This document shows, in pieces, positions 22,712-33,974 of a stretch of 64,000 nt of DNA. Origin of the DNA: Octopus bimaculoides (lineage: Eukaryota); contig NC_068984.1 of NCBI RefSeq assembly GCF_001194135.2, positions 57,166,642 through 57,230,641 of the forward strand. The letters are read 5' to 3'. The position numbers were made by a program, and so were the translations under genes. The first letter of the stretch is position 1. Every line of letters begins with the position of its first letter. The notes under the pieces were generated by a model. It did no database searches. It was not told the origin of the DNA and worked only from the letters and a program-made list of their open reading frames with translations.

Positions 22712-24546
22712 CATGGCTGCATATCAATAACTACTACCAATAAAAAAAATTTATGTATCCATATACACACCACATATACACATATTAAAGATAAGTAGAG
22801 GTTTCTGTGATGAACCAGCTTTGATTCTCATTGATATCTTTTACAAAGTTAATATGGGAATAATATGCTACATTTTAACCTCAGGTTAACCTGTAACAAG
22901 CATTCCAGCAGTAACCATCTTGTTGGTTTGTGTATCTATGACTACATTGGTTCATTGCATCCTCTTCTTTTACTGTATTCCCTTCTTTATTAAGAAAGTT
23001 GGGTGTTAGTTGATGTAGATCTAGCAGGCTGAACAAAAGTATAGAGTTTGTTTTGGTTGAAACCAAATCAATATTGTATAGCATGCTGCAAAATCTTAAA
23101 GCTTTGATACAATAAAATGGGTAAATAATTAGTAAACAACAATTAAAAAATTGATCTTATAGCTATATTTCCTAACTGAAATTTAATAAAGAACAATTTA
23201 CTTGTATTTTGTTTTATGGGAAGAAAGTAAAAATTTAAGAGTAACTATTATGTGCTCTTATTTATTCACAAGTGAGTTCTTTCAGATTTAATGTATTCAA
23301 TTGTAGCTACTTTTGTGAGATAAGGGTCCTGAACTGATTTTTTTCTTGTTTTTTCATGTTAGACCAGCTTTTACATCAAAAGAGCAACACTTAGATTCTA
23401 AAGTGACATTGGCCTAAATATATTTCTTGAAAAATAAGTTATATTGCCTCTTTTTTTGTTTTTTCAATATTTTCTGTTGCTTTCTTTTTATAATTTTTTT
23501 TTATCTTTTATTGTGTCTTTCTAACTTATCAACCAACCTATTTGTTGGCATGACAGTTTCTTACTAATCTCATTAACATGAATTTTTATTTTTATTTTTT
23601 TCTCAATTACCTACTCTGACTTCATCTTAAAAGCTATTAGAATTAATTGCAGCACTGAATTTCTGAAGTTATTTTTTCCTTTTTATTGTTTGACAGCTAG
23701 TTGTCATTTCCCCATTGCTATGGTAGCATATAACTGTACAATGAAGATTCTACTTGTTCTAGTTTTATTCTCTTTTAATATAAATCCCATAGTTTACCTA
23801 GCTTTGGGTGTGGCAGAGTGAAGTACCAAGACAGTAGAACAAAAAAACATCAAAGATGTTTTTAGCCACCTGCTTTTATCTCTCAGCATCATGCCTTCAC
23901 AGAAAGGGATTTTGCAAATACCCTGTCAAATAGAAGCTAATCTTGCTCAGTGGTTTATTATCCATATTTTCTTATGTTATCCTATCCAGTATGTTCCAGC
24001 TTTTAGATATTTGTGGGGATTAGTGCAATGCTTATATTGAGACCTACTAGATATTCACATTTTTATTCTCTTTCATAACAACCTTTTTATTCCCACATTT
24101 TTAATTTTGTCTAAAATTCAAGCCTATATGTATAAGTTAGATATATACACAGTATATGTTAGAAAACTAAAGATAAAATTTTAAATAGTTTATCTACAGT
24201 TTTTAAACCTTTTGCTGCTGAATTGTAAGTAAACTTAACTACCTCTTCTTATTCTCTTCATGCATTGGAAAATAGAAGAGATTATCCTGACATGTTTTGC
24301 AGTTAGCTGAACACTCATTGGAGAACAAGTACCTACCTCATTCCTCTGTTCACAAAAGTATTTAAATCAAATGTAAACTAGAAGTTAGTTGTAATGGCTT
24401 GACTAATATTCATACTGTGTGTTTGTCAGAAGCATAATTGAATAGTAAATGTTGATGCACAACACAGTATGTATTTGAAAATTTAAGATAAATTTGTGGT
24501 TAGACTACAGCTTTTAAACCTTTTGCTGTGGAAATTTAAACAGGTG

Positions 24547-25028
24547 TCATCATCATCGTCGTTTAACATTCTCTTTCCATGCTAGCATGGGTTGGATGAT
24601 TTGACTGAGGACTGGTGAACCAGATGGCTACACCAGGCTCCAATCTGATTTGGCAGAGTTTCTACAGCTGGATGCCCTTCCTAACGCCAACTACTCAGAG
24701 AGTGTAGTGGGTGCTTTTACGTGTCACCAGCACGAAGGCCAGTCAGGCGGTACTGGCAACGGCCACGCTCAAAATGGTGTATTTTATGTGCCACCCGCAC
24801 AAGAGCCAGTCCAGGGGCACTAGCAACGATCTCGCTCGAAAATCCTACAAAGGCCAGTCAGGCGGTACTGGCAACGGCCATGCTCAAAATGGTGTATTTT
24901 ATGTGCTACCCACACAAGAGCCAGTCCAGGGACACTGACAACGATCTCACTCGAAAGTCCTTACACATGCCGCGGGCACAAGTGCCAGAAAGGCGTCGCT
25001 AGGCACAGATGCCATCACAATTTCGCTT
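24547..25028 (-). mobile_element. Family B element with internal 115-bp tandem duplication
   Basis: Family B 3' end; the unit aaggccagtcaggcggtactggcaacggcc.. starts at 24735 and again at 24850. Confidence 0.92.
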
Positions 25029-25029
25029 G

Positions 25030-25650
25030 AATACATTTATTCTCTTCAAGCACAGAAAACTAAGAGGTTGTCTTGAATCTGCTGGAAGCTGTCCAGAGAT
25101 GTGCAACCAGGCAAAAACTTACCATAACTTGAACATTTTGCTTTTCTGGGCATTGACACAAAAATTTTGACATCTAGCACTTGACTTGGTAAAGTCTACA
25201 AGATCATGCACCAACTTTCCAACAACAGCTTTGGTCACTTTATTGAATTCAGTATCTTTATCAGTCATGGACATGCTTATAAAATCAAAACCAAAAACAA
25301 AAAAGAAAAAAAAAACACAGCACAGTGCCCATGACTCTCTGCAACATCTTTTTATGCTCAGAATTGTTGAAGCATGGAATAAACTTCCCACATTCATTTT
25401 TAACTGACAGGACACTGCTTCCAGAAATTCACCAACACTGCCACTGATGTAGTTATATACCCTTATTCTTTATAATTTTTAATATTCACTTTTTCATTTT
25501 TCTCTATGTTTTTGCTTTATTCTGTGTACTCTACCCTATACTTCTAACTTTTGTTGCTGTCATTCTTTACTTATATATCTGCACTCTGCTCTTTTAACTT
25601 TTTCTGACAAGTAGAAGTGCACTGAGCACTGTATACAATAAGCTCATTAT
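25030..25650 (+). mobile_element. CR1/L2-clade LINE 3' end, degraded
   Basis: KVYKIMHQL, HGHAYKIK and HLFMLRIVEAWNKLP correspond to the VYKI..RGHxxK..FFxxRVVxxWNxLP C-terminus of CR1/L2 ORF2. Confidence 0.78.
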
Positions 25651-25687
25651 ATTATCTGAGCATGTGTGTGTGCATACACATGCAGGC

Positions 25688-25714
25688 ATAGAGAGAGAGA
25701 GAGAGAGAGAGAGA

Positions 25715-25767
<53 letters not shown>
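25688..25767. repeat. (GA)n(CA)n compound microsatellite
   Basis: Adjacent GA and CA runs. Confidence 0.98.
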
Positions 25768-25769
<2 letters not shown>

Positions 25770-26476
25770 CTATTTTGTAGAAATTCTCTCCTACAAAACT
25801 ACTTTGAAAGTGTGTCTGCAATTTAAAAATTGGCAGAATATGAAATATCTTTGTCAATATTTACAGGTGGCTTTAAATAAATGAAAGGAATAAAGCAAAT
25901 GAAAAAATAAGAGCAAGATCTTGATAGACCTGATCATACGACTACCCAGTAATTCTTTTATATAAGATATGATAGGCGTTATACTGTTTTGGTCTTTGAG
26001 AAAAAGCACTCTTGTATAAAAGTTAAAACTATTAAATCTGGAATTGCTCTTTATACCTATGGGTGGAGTAAGTGTTTACTTTTCCAAATAATGACAACAA
26101 AGACACATTATTTGTACTAATGGACTGGAGTGTAGTTTCGCTGGATAAATGCCTTTTGTTGATATTGTATTTACTAAGTAGTGACTACTGTCTGTTGGAA
26201 AGAAATATTATTTGATTTTAAGTTATAGAATGTTCTGGGTGTTATTGTTAGTGAAAGAACAAGTTTTTACTTTAAAAAAATAAAATAGATACATTCATCA
26301 CTGGAAAATTCAGTGGTTTGTATTTTTAAGATAATTTTTGACCCTTGATTGTCTAATTGAAAGAAATACATTGATATAGTTAAATTTACATGAAATTCAA
26401 CAAGATTGTTTTCTCACAGTTGTTCCAATGTCAACAAATTTTGGGGGATTTTTATATTATTATTATTATTATTATT

Positions 26477-26886
26477 AGTTTATAGAGAGGACTGTTAACT
26501 CAGCAGAAATGTAATATATAGAAAGATGAGTTCTTAACTTTTGTATACGATTGCCAAATTCCATCACTAAGGTAAACATAGCTGACATAATCCATCACTA
26601 CGGCCAACTCAATGACAAAAAGCGCAACTTGAAAGTAACTTATTTATTGGTCCTTTGAACAACGACAATATTTTGACATCTCGTGTGTCTTCATCTGGTC
26701 TGGTTCAAAATAAAATAAATGTCAGTCTAATTCATTTTTAGTTTATAGAGAGGACTGTTAACTCAGCAGAAATATAATATATAGAAAGAGGAGTTCTTAA
26801 TTTTTGTATACGATTGCCAAATTCCATCACTAAGTTAAACATAGCTGACGTAATCCATCACTATGGCCAACTCAATGACAAAAAGC
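26477..26886 (-). mobile_element. Partial tandem repeat (147-bp direct repeats, period 263) resembling a Penelope-like pseudo-LTR or retrozyme
   Basis: 26477-26623 and 26740-26886 are near-identical. The spacer carries a decayed hammerhead core on the minus strand. (ATT)n on both sides. Confidence 0.6.
26654..26710 (-). ncRNA. Decayed type I hammerhead ribozyme motif
   Basis: Minus strand: ttttgaac-ca-gac CAGAUGA A gaca-cacgaga-tgtc AAAA tatt GUC gtt-gttcaaa. Stems I and II pair; the core has two substitutions (CUGAUGA to CAGAUGA, GAAA to AAAA). Confidence 0.55.
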
Positions 26887-26903
26887 AAACTCATCTTTCT
26901 ATA

Positions 26904-26955
<52 letters not shown>
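26904..26955. repeat. (ATT)n microsatellite
   Basis: About 17 units. Confidence 0.97.
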
Positions 26956-26957
<2 letters not shown>

Positions 26958-26958
<1 letters not shown>

Positions 26959-27345
26959 ACTCCGAGCAAAATGCTTTATGCTCTGATTCCACCAAGGTTG
27001 GCTTTGCTTTCATCCTTTTGGAATCAGTTGCACACTGGGGGTGATAAAATCAACTAGCTCCCCCACCCCCAAAGTTTACTTATAGTAAAAGGGATTATTA
27101 TTATTGTTGTTGTAGTTATTATTAAAGTAACAAACTGACAGAATTGTTACTGTGTTGCATGGCAGCATTTCATCTGACTCCTTACTTTCTGAGTTCCAAA
27201 CTCTACTAAAGTCAGCTTTGCTTTTCAATTACTCAGGGTTGTTAAAATAAACTACCAGTCAAGTACTGAAGTTGATGTAATTGACTTTGATTCCCTGCTC
27301 CTCTGCTTAAAATTGCTGATCTTGCGCTAGAATTTGAAACAATTA
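26958..27345 (+). mobile_element. Two adjacent SINE family C copies (26958-27105 and 27120-27345)
   Basis: Both contain ctttgctttt?catcc/caatt..; the first ends in agtaaaagggattattatt, the second has ttctgagttccaaactc and cttgcgctagaatttgaaac. Confidence 0.72.
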
Positions 27346-27489
27346 TGAGGCCTATTGAAACGAACTAATTTAGCTCTACTGTTTGAATTTTTCCGCCAAC
27401 TCAATATATAGATATTTCTTCACTTTGTCACATTTGCAATGCAAGTGCTAAAACACAAAATACACTTAACAAAAATCACGTATCAACAT

Positions 27490-27650
27490 ATCATCATCAT
27501 TGTCCTCACCTTTACATTTGTTTACTACACTGGCATGGGTTAGACAAAACTTATTAAGGCAGGTTTTTATAGCTAGACACTCTTGCCATCTCCTTGGTCT
27601 TGCTTTACAAGAAAGGTATTTTTCATTTTGATGGTCCTCACATCCACTGA
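27490..27650 (-). mobile_element. Family B remnant
   Basis: tcatcatcat tail..tggcatgggttagac..ttttatagctagacactc. Confidence 0.5.
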
Positions 27651-27689
27651 ACTATGTGTTATATACTGGGGAAAATGAATGTTTTCATT

Positions 27690-28318
27690 TCTTTTACTGG
27701 TGGAATGTACCAGTGAAGACCTCAATGAAATGTAAGCACAACAGTCTTGATATAATGATTTGGGATAGAGAAGAGAAACTGTGCGCAGTCGTAGAAATTA
27801 GCTGCCCAGTGGATGTTAACATAAAGCTGAAGATCAGTGAAAAAGAGAACGCCTATGCTGAACTATTGAGAAATCTGCAGTTATTCTATCCAGACTACAA
27901 GTTCTGGTTTAAACCTGTAAGTATGGGGGTCCAGGGATATGCAACACACTGCCTAAATACCAATCTTGAGAAATTAGGCTTCTCAAAACCAGAAAGGAGA
28001 AAGCTAATTCAAAGACTACAGATCCAGTCCATCACTGGAACTGTAAAAGCTGTAAAACTTGCCAGAAGTTTATCATTTAAATATATATGAGCATGTCTAG
28101 ATATGCAACTATATGCATAAGAATACATACATAAAACATACATAAGTACGTACGTACATACATACATACATACAAACAAACAAAAATACCCTGTTGTTGA
28201 TGTTGAAATTCTAATGAAGGAACAGACCTTGGATCTACGTTAGAAACTGGTTCTTTCTCTATTGGCAAGAAATCTTGAAATAAACTGAATACATACATAC
28301 ATACATACATACATACGC
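27690..28318 (+). mobile_element. RLE-class non-LTR retrotransposon 3' end, second family (R2/NeSL/HERO-like)
   Basis: WWNVPVKT..HNSLDIMIWDREEKLCAVVEISCPVDVNI..KENAYAEL..MGVQG..IQSITGTVK fits the PD-(D/E)xK nuclease layout. The 3' UTR is bracketed by (TACA)n tracts. Confidence 0.82.
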
Positions 28319-28364
28319 ATTCACAAACACCCATTGATTCCTAGCTTTTCATGAGGCCATGGAT

Positions 28365-28545
28365 TTCTATGGTGGATGTCTGTCTGATAGAGGCAATCCA
28401 GTAAATTCCTGATGTTTATTTTAACTTCTTTAGATAGTTGAACAGTCAAGTCGACCCCAGTATATTAGAATTCAGATATAAAAGACCAACCAAAACAGTG
28501 TGGACCATTCAATTCAAAGCTCTAACACTTCTACCACTGCAGCAC
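28365..28545 (-). mobile_element. SINE family C, degraded
   Basis: tgatgtttattttaac..aagtcgaccccag..tagaattcaga..ctaacacttctaccactgc. Confidence 0.65.
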
Positions 28546-29239
28546 ATGAAATCCTGGCTGCAACAGCAGTAGTAACAGTAAAGTCTCCTGATATTGATTA
28601 CAACAAAAATAAATCTAAACAAATATGAAAAATTCCAAATATCCAAAAGAATTATTTTATATTAATATATTACATAAACTATGGTAGTCTTAAAAATAGT
28701 CTACAATAAAAATCTAAAAGTAAAAAATATACAGAATATAATTAAAATTATACAACCCTTAAATATATAAACTTCAACATCTCTGTTTCTCTTTTTCTCC
28801 CATCTCTCTCTCTTTCTCTCACCACTGAGAGAGGGAAGGAGTTGTCCTCCATGATGGTCTGTTGATATGAGCAGTATGTTAAATAAAAATAAGCTTTTCA
28901 TGGCTCAGTGACTATGTTGCTGGACTATTGGTGTATAAAATCGTAATCTCAGGCACCATCCTTGTGGTGTGTTCATTGTTAAAATCATATTACTTACATC
29001 AAATTAGTCCTACTCTTATTTCATACCTGAAAGGCACTCAACCTGTAAAATAAGTGCTGAAACATTTTCTTTACACTAATATTAAAAAAAGAAGTAAAGG
29101 AAAGTTTAAGGGATCATGGGCCAACAGGTTTTGGGGATCTGATGATATGCCATAAAGCTAAACCCTTTATGGACAGGAAACCTAAGGTAATCCTGTAAAC
29201 CGGCCTTCTCTATTTTTAATATATATATATATATATATA

Positions 29240-29510
29240 AGCGCAGGAGTGGCTGTGTGGTAAGTAGCTTGCTTGGCAACCACATGGTTCTGGGTTTATA
29301 TAAAGTATATGTGTATGGTTTCAGTCTTCAGATTGTGACCATGTTGGGGCACTGCTTTGAAAGGTTTAGTTGATCATCTCAACCCAGTATTTATTTTTGA
29401 GTCATGTACATATTCTATCAGTCTCTTTTTACTGAACCAGTGAGTTATGTTGTCATAAACAAACCAACACTGGCTAGTAACACAATCATTCATGCTCATA
29501 ACCACACACA
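29240..29510. mobile_element. SINE family A fragments: head on + (29240-29296) and tail part on - (29318-29510)
   Basis: gcgcaggagtggctgtgtggtaagtagcttgc..cacatggttctgggtt, then gtttcagtc..gaccatgttggggcactgc..tattctatcagtctctttttactgaac. Confidence 0.8.
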
Positions 29511-29519
29511 CACACCAGC

Positions 29520-29810
29520 AAATGTAGGGAAAGCAAGTTAGATTGATCAATATATAAAGTATATTAAATACATGAAATACAAAAAATGTATATATGTATA
29601 CATATAAAAAGGTCCAACTTACACAGAATAGAAGTGATACAGAGAATTAAAGGACTTGTAATACTATTTCTCATCCCTTTTAATCCTCTGTATCATTTCT
29701 ATTCTGTGTAAGTTGGACCTTTTTGTATGTATACATATATAAATGTTTTGTATTTCATGTATTTAATATACTTTATATATTGATCTATCTAACTTGCTTT
29801 CCCAGCATTT
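29520..29810. repeat. Long inverted repeat (fold-back): ~133-bp arms, ~19-nt loop
   Basis: 29520-29654 against the reverse complement of 29674-29810 shows about 8 mismatches by manual alignment, plus a small indel near the loop. Confidence 0.95.
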
Positions 29811-29868
29811 ACTTCTTTACCCACTCAAGTTTAAATCTCATCTATGAACTATGTATATATATATATAT

Positions 29869-30120
29869 NNNNNNNNNNNNNNNNNNNNNNNNNNNNNNNN
29901 NNNNNNNNNNNNNNNNNNNNNNNNNNNNNNNNNNNNNNNNNNNNNNNNNNNNNNNNNNNNNNNNNNNNNNNNNNNNNNNNNNNNNNNNNNNNNNNNNNNN
30001 NNNNNNNNNNNNNNNNNNNNNNNNNNNNNNNNNNNNNNNNNNNNNNNNNNNNNNNNNNNNNNNNNNNNNNNNNNNNNNNNNNNNNNNNNNNNNNNNNNNN
30101 NNNNNNNNNNNNNNNNNNNN
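29869..30120. other. Assembly gap (252 N)
   Basis: N-run between TA-rich tracts. Confidence 0.99.
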
Positions 30121-30149
30121 TATATAAATATATATGCATATGTGCATAC

Positions 30150-30305
30150 AATGAACTTCCACACAGTTTCCATCCTTCAGTTTTACATGAGGACATAGTA
30201 TAAGCCTGGGTTATAATATAAAACACTTTATTGAAGTCCTGTGGGGTTGAATCCAAAACCACATGGCCACAATACAAATTTATTAACCACACAACCATAC
30301 CTGTG
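30150..30305 (-). mobile_element. SINE family A, partial
   Basis: cagtttccatcc..gaatccaaaaccacatgg..ttaaccacacaaccatacctgtgcct. Confidence 0.7.
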
Positions 30306-30306
30306 C

Positions 30307-30348
<42 letters not shown>

Positions 30349-31074
30349 TGGATTCTCATTGAGGTTTCAGTGTTCAGTTTTTCAATCAACCAAACAGCCT
30401 GTTCATTGATTTAGCACACAGAGGGGTTGATGTTCCATAAATATGTATACCTAAATGTATAGTTCAAAAATATACAAAGGAAAAATTACAATTCTCAAGT
30501 AGAGTATGTGTGGAATGGTGTGATAAGGGTGGACTTTCAGATTGCATGTACAGTCTAATCAAAAGGCTTCTACACAGTCTTCATTTACCCAAATTCACTC
30601 AGAAGACTTGGTCTCCTGAAAAACATTTGAAAGTATTAGCTCAACTTGTAAGATAGATATTCTTGTTATTTTTTACCTCGAGAAACTGAGTGACAACTGA
30701 ATGAATCATCTTTCTCAGATGATTCTGAGAAAGTGTGTATGTGTGTGTTTACATTATATATGTATAATATATATAATTTTTTAAACTTTGACCCTAGGCA
30801 TCATCAAATTTATTGAAAAGGATAAATGTGTTGTTTAAGTTTTTTCTCAATAGTATAAGCAACAAATGAAAAAATATATATTTCACAGAAAATAATACAA
30901 TTTTAATAATTACATATGTTTATATTAACCCAAATACATCTTGAAATTCTCTTATACTGGCTCAGCCAAACCCACAAATTTGTGAGTGGGGAGGTGTATG
31001 CATTTAAATTCATCATAGTACATACATAATCGTTTTTTTTTTCTTTTTTTCTTTTTTTCTTCTTTTTTTGGGGA

Positions 31075-31215
31075 TTTTCATAGCCAGAAAGAGTAAAAAT
31101 GAAAGCTAAACCAGGTTGAATTTGAACTCACAAACCATATATTAAATACTAAAAAGCATCTAGAAATTAAATTCTGTATAGCATTTAGTCTGATACACAA
31201 ATGTTTTTACCATTC
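31075..31215 (-). mobile_element. SINE family C, degraded
   Basis: aaatgaaagctaaaccaggttgaatttgaactcac..aaatgtttttaccattctactg. Confidence 0.55.
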
Positions 31216-32259
31216 TACTGCTTTAATGGTCCTGTAATACCTATAACAAGCAAATGTATTGAAAAGAGGGGTTAGGGAGGTAGACTCATTAAAATATATT
31301 TCAGGTATAGAACAAAAGGAAAGACATTATTTCAGTTTGTTCTCCTGAAATGAGACCTAGAAACAACAGACTTGAGGCAATGACCCTCTAGCAATATGAG
31401 TATCTATTTAAAGCAAACCGGAAACATCAATTTTCTTCCCCGGAAATATCATTGATGCGATCCACTGGACATGGTCTTTTTTTTTCTTTCTGACATGTTT
31501 GCCTACAACAAAAGGGGGCTTGACCTGACCTTGTAAAAAGACAAGTATCTCCTGTAAAAAGATTTGAAAGTATTAGCTCAGCTTATAAGATAATGATATT
31601 CCTGTTACTTCCTCCACTGAAATGAATAAAAGTTCCCATTGTTTAGCAGTATCACTGTCTAGCTGCCCCATGAATGGGGTGTCGCACTCTGTCATTATTT
31701 TATTTGTTGTAAGTTTTTTTGACTAAAACCTTCCTTAAGTCCAGACAATTGTCCCCTCATTGTTGTCAGCTTAGCTTTAACAAGTTATTTATAACAGACC
31801 AGTGATAAAGAAGAAAAGCAAATCATGAGACAGTATTATCACTTTAGCATTACAGTCTGTCTGTCCATTCAGGTTACCTCCTTATGAATGAATAGAGATT
31901 TCAATATAGCAAATCTTGCAGTGAGACTACTGCAAATAGAGTAGAAAATAACAGGTTTAATTCAAACTAATTGTTGCCATAAATTTTAGGGTAAATCTTT
32001 GATATTTTTCTCTCCCCACCCCCTCTGTGTGTGTGTGTGTGTGTGTACAGATAGATTCATTTGAATTTTAAGGATGGGGATATATTATGATTTCCCAAGT
32101 TTTCAAATAGGCATATATAATGATCTCTGTTTGTACGTATAAAAACACACACTCACACACACACATATATATATATATCATCATCATGTCTACCCTATAG
32201 GCTTTTCATATTGTAATTCTGTAGACAACTCTAGATTTTGTTACATCTTTGTAACATGA

Positions 32260-32375
32260 GTGGTTTGACCAAAGTGAGTAATAGAACAAGTACCAGACTT
32301 TAAAAATTAGTACTGGGATCAGTTTGTTTGAGACAGTACCCCACTATGGTTGCAGTCCAATGACTGATACAAGTT
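32260..32375 (+). mobile_element. SINE family A tail fragment
   Basis: aatagaacaagtaccagactt..tactgggatcagtttg..gttgcagtccaatgactgatacaagt. Confidence 0.65.
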
Positions 32376-32466
32376 TGAGAATTACCTATCTTGCCTACAG
32401 ACACATTATATTACTTAAATATAATAATTACTTTTAATTACTAAAATATATATATATTGAAAACTC

Positions 32467-32630
32467 AGTTGTTGTTGTTTAACCCTATGTCAGCTCTGAA
32501 TGACCAGATCTATGATGAAAAGCTTTCTGACCATGACCATCTTGACTTATGTCAGGGATTATGTGACCTGATTTGTCATTTCCTTTTCTTTAAGATTATG
32601 ATAAGATGTAAATTTTAGGGAGATTTAAGA
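32467..32630 (-). repeat. Family G repeat
   Basis: gttgttgttgtttaaccctatgtcagctctgaatgaccagatctatgatgaaa..gaccatgaccatc. Confidence 0.75.
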
Positions 32631-32800
32631 AGCTGACAGAATTGGTAGGATGCCAAACAAAATGTTTAGTGATGATATTTCATCGTCGTTATGCTCAAAG
32701 TTCAAATTCCACTGAGGTCAACTTTGCCTTTCATATTTTGGGGGCAAATAAAATAAGCACCACTTGAGCACTGGAGTCTATGTAATCAATTTATCTCCTG
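32630..32800 (+). mobile_element. SINE family C, tail missing
   Basis: gctcaaagttcaaattccactgaggtcaactttgcctttcat..aaataagcaccacttgagcactgga. Confidence 0.82.
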
Positions 32801-33769
32801 GGTATGAGTATAAAAAAACTGCATCCCTCTGCCAAGCCAGCATGGCAGAGTAGGCTCATCAAACCAGTACAATTTCTTGCCAATTCTTTGGTCAAGAAAA
32901 CATACTGAGGCCTTCATCCTGCAGTGAACTGAACATAGGCAATCCAATCTAATCCAGCTATTCTTCTAGAAGATTGAGCAACCATATAAATGCTTTCTTG
33001 TTGTCTCAATAGAATTTTTATGCTGAAAGCTTGCAACCATGTTTTGTATGTTGACAATCACTCTGTTAGTGACTGATTTTGCATAAGATCTTTTGCTCTG
33101 TAATTGCTAGGTTGATAAACACACAAGTGTAAACAAACACACACACACACACACGTACACACACAATTATAGGTAATCTTTAGGGTATTTATAACCTAAT
33201 TTTGAGTTATTAACTTTATAGTTTGCATAACTCTACTCTTTGATCTTTAATCAGTCTCCAAGGGTTGTCGCTTTACTCTATTTGAAAGCAATGTTAAAAA
33301 AATTCTACCTGAGAATAAATATACAGCAGATGACTCTTTTATCATAGAAAGTTAACAATAACAAAAAAAAAAAAAGTTTGAAGACTTTAGGTGGAAAAGA
33401 TCTAAGAATTTATTTATTTTGTATTTTTATATAACTGTTATTATTTTTTTTATACAGTACTACTTTAATATTCAATAACAATTTCTTGCCATCAACAATT
33501 CTCTCATATTTCAGAATGATTGTCCACCAGATTAAATTTATACAGATCTACATGTGATAATGTAGGCCAATACTGGATTCACAAGTCTAGTTGCATATTT
33601 CATATTATATTTTTCTGAGAGAAAGCTCATTCCATGTAGAAGCTCCTTCCTTGGTAGGATTTCTCAGCCTGGTAGTGAAAACTCTCTCAAATCACACACT
33701 ACCATTTCAAAATGAGTTTACATTAAAATGTGGTCCTATATGCACTGTCCATAAAAAAATTAGGAATAC

Positions 33770-33920
33770 CTATGATCACAGGTCTACTGGATCAGGACTA
33801 GCCTTCGGTTAAATAACAAAATAAACATGGTGATTATTGTTATTTAACCCATCTGTCCTGATTTAACTGACCAATGATTAAAAAAGCATCCCAGTCGTGA
33901 CCAATCTGTCCATTTTTTTC
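33770..33920. repeat. Two family G fragments in tail-to-tail inverted arrangement
   Basis: 33770-33825 (ctatgatcacaggtctactggatcagg..ggttaaataac) faces 33835-33920 (gttatttaaccc..cctgatttaactgacc..tgatt). Confidence 0.6.
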
Positions 33921-33974
33921 AAAAACTGTATGTATGTGTATGTATATATATATATATATACATACATGTATATA

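Noticed and set aside
23740-23822. Signal-peptide-like MKILLVLVLFSFNINPIVYLALGVAE*
   Set aside because: Stops after 26 codons without a convincing donor; hydrophobicity follows from T-rich sequence.
25115-25415. Minus-strand 98-aa ORF ending at a G|gtaagt donor
   Set aside because: Antisense reading of the CR1/L2 LINE 3' end.
31411-31450. Two CCGGAA (ETS-like) motifs and a TTC-N4-GAA (STAT-like) site
   Set aside because: Short motifs expected by chance in 64 kb, with no independent support.
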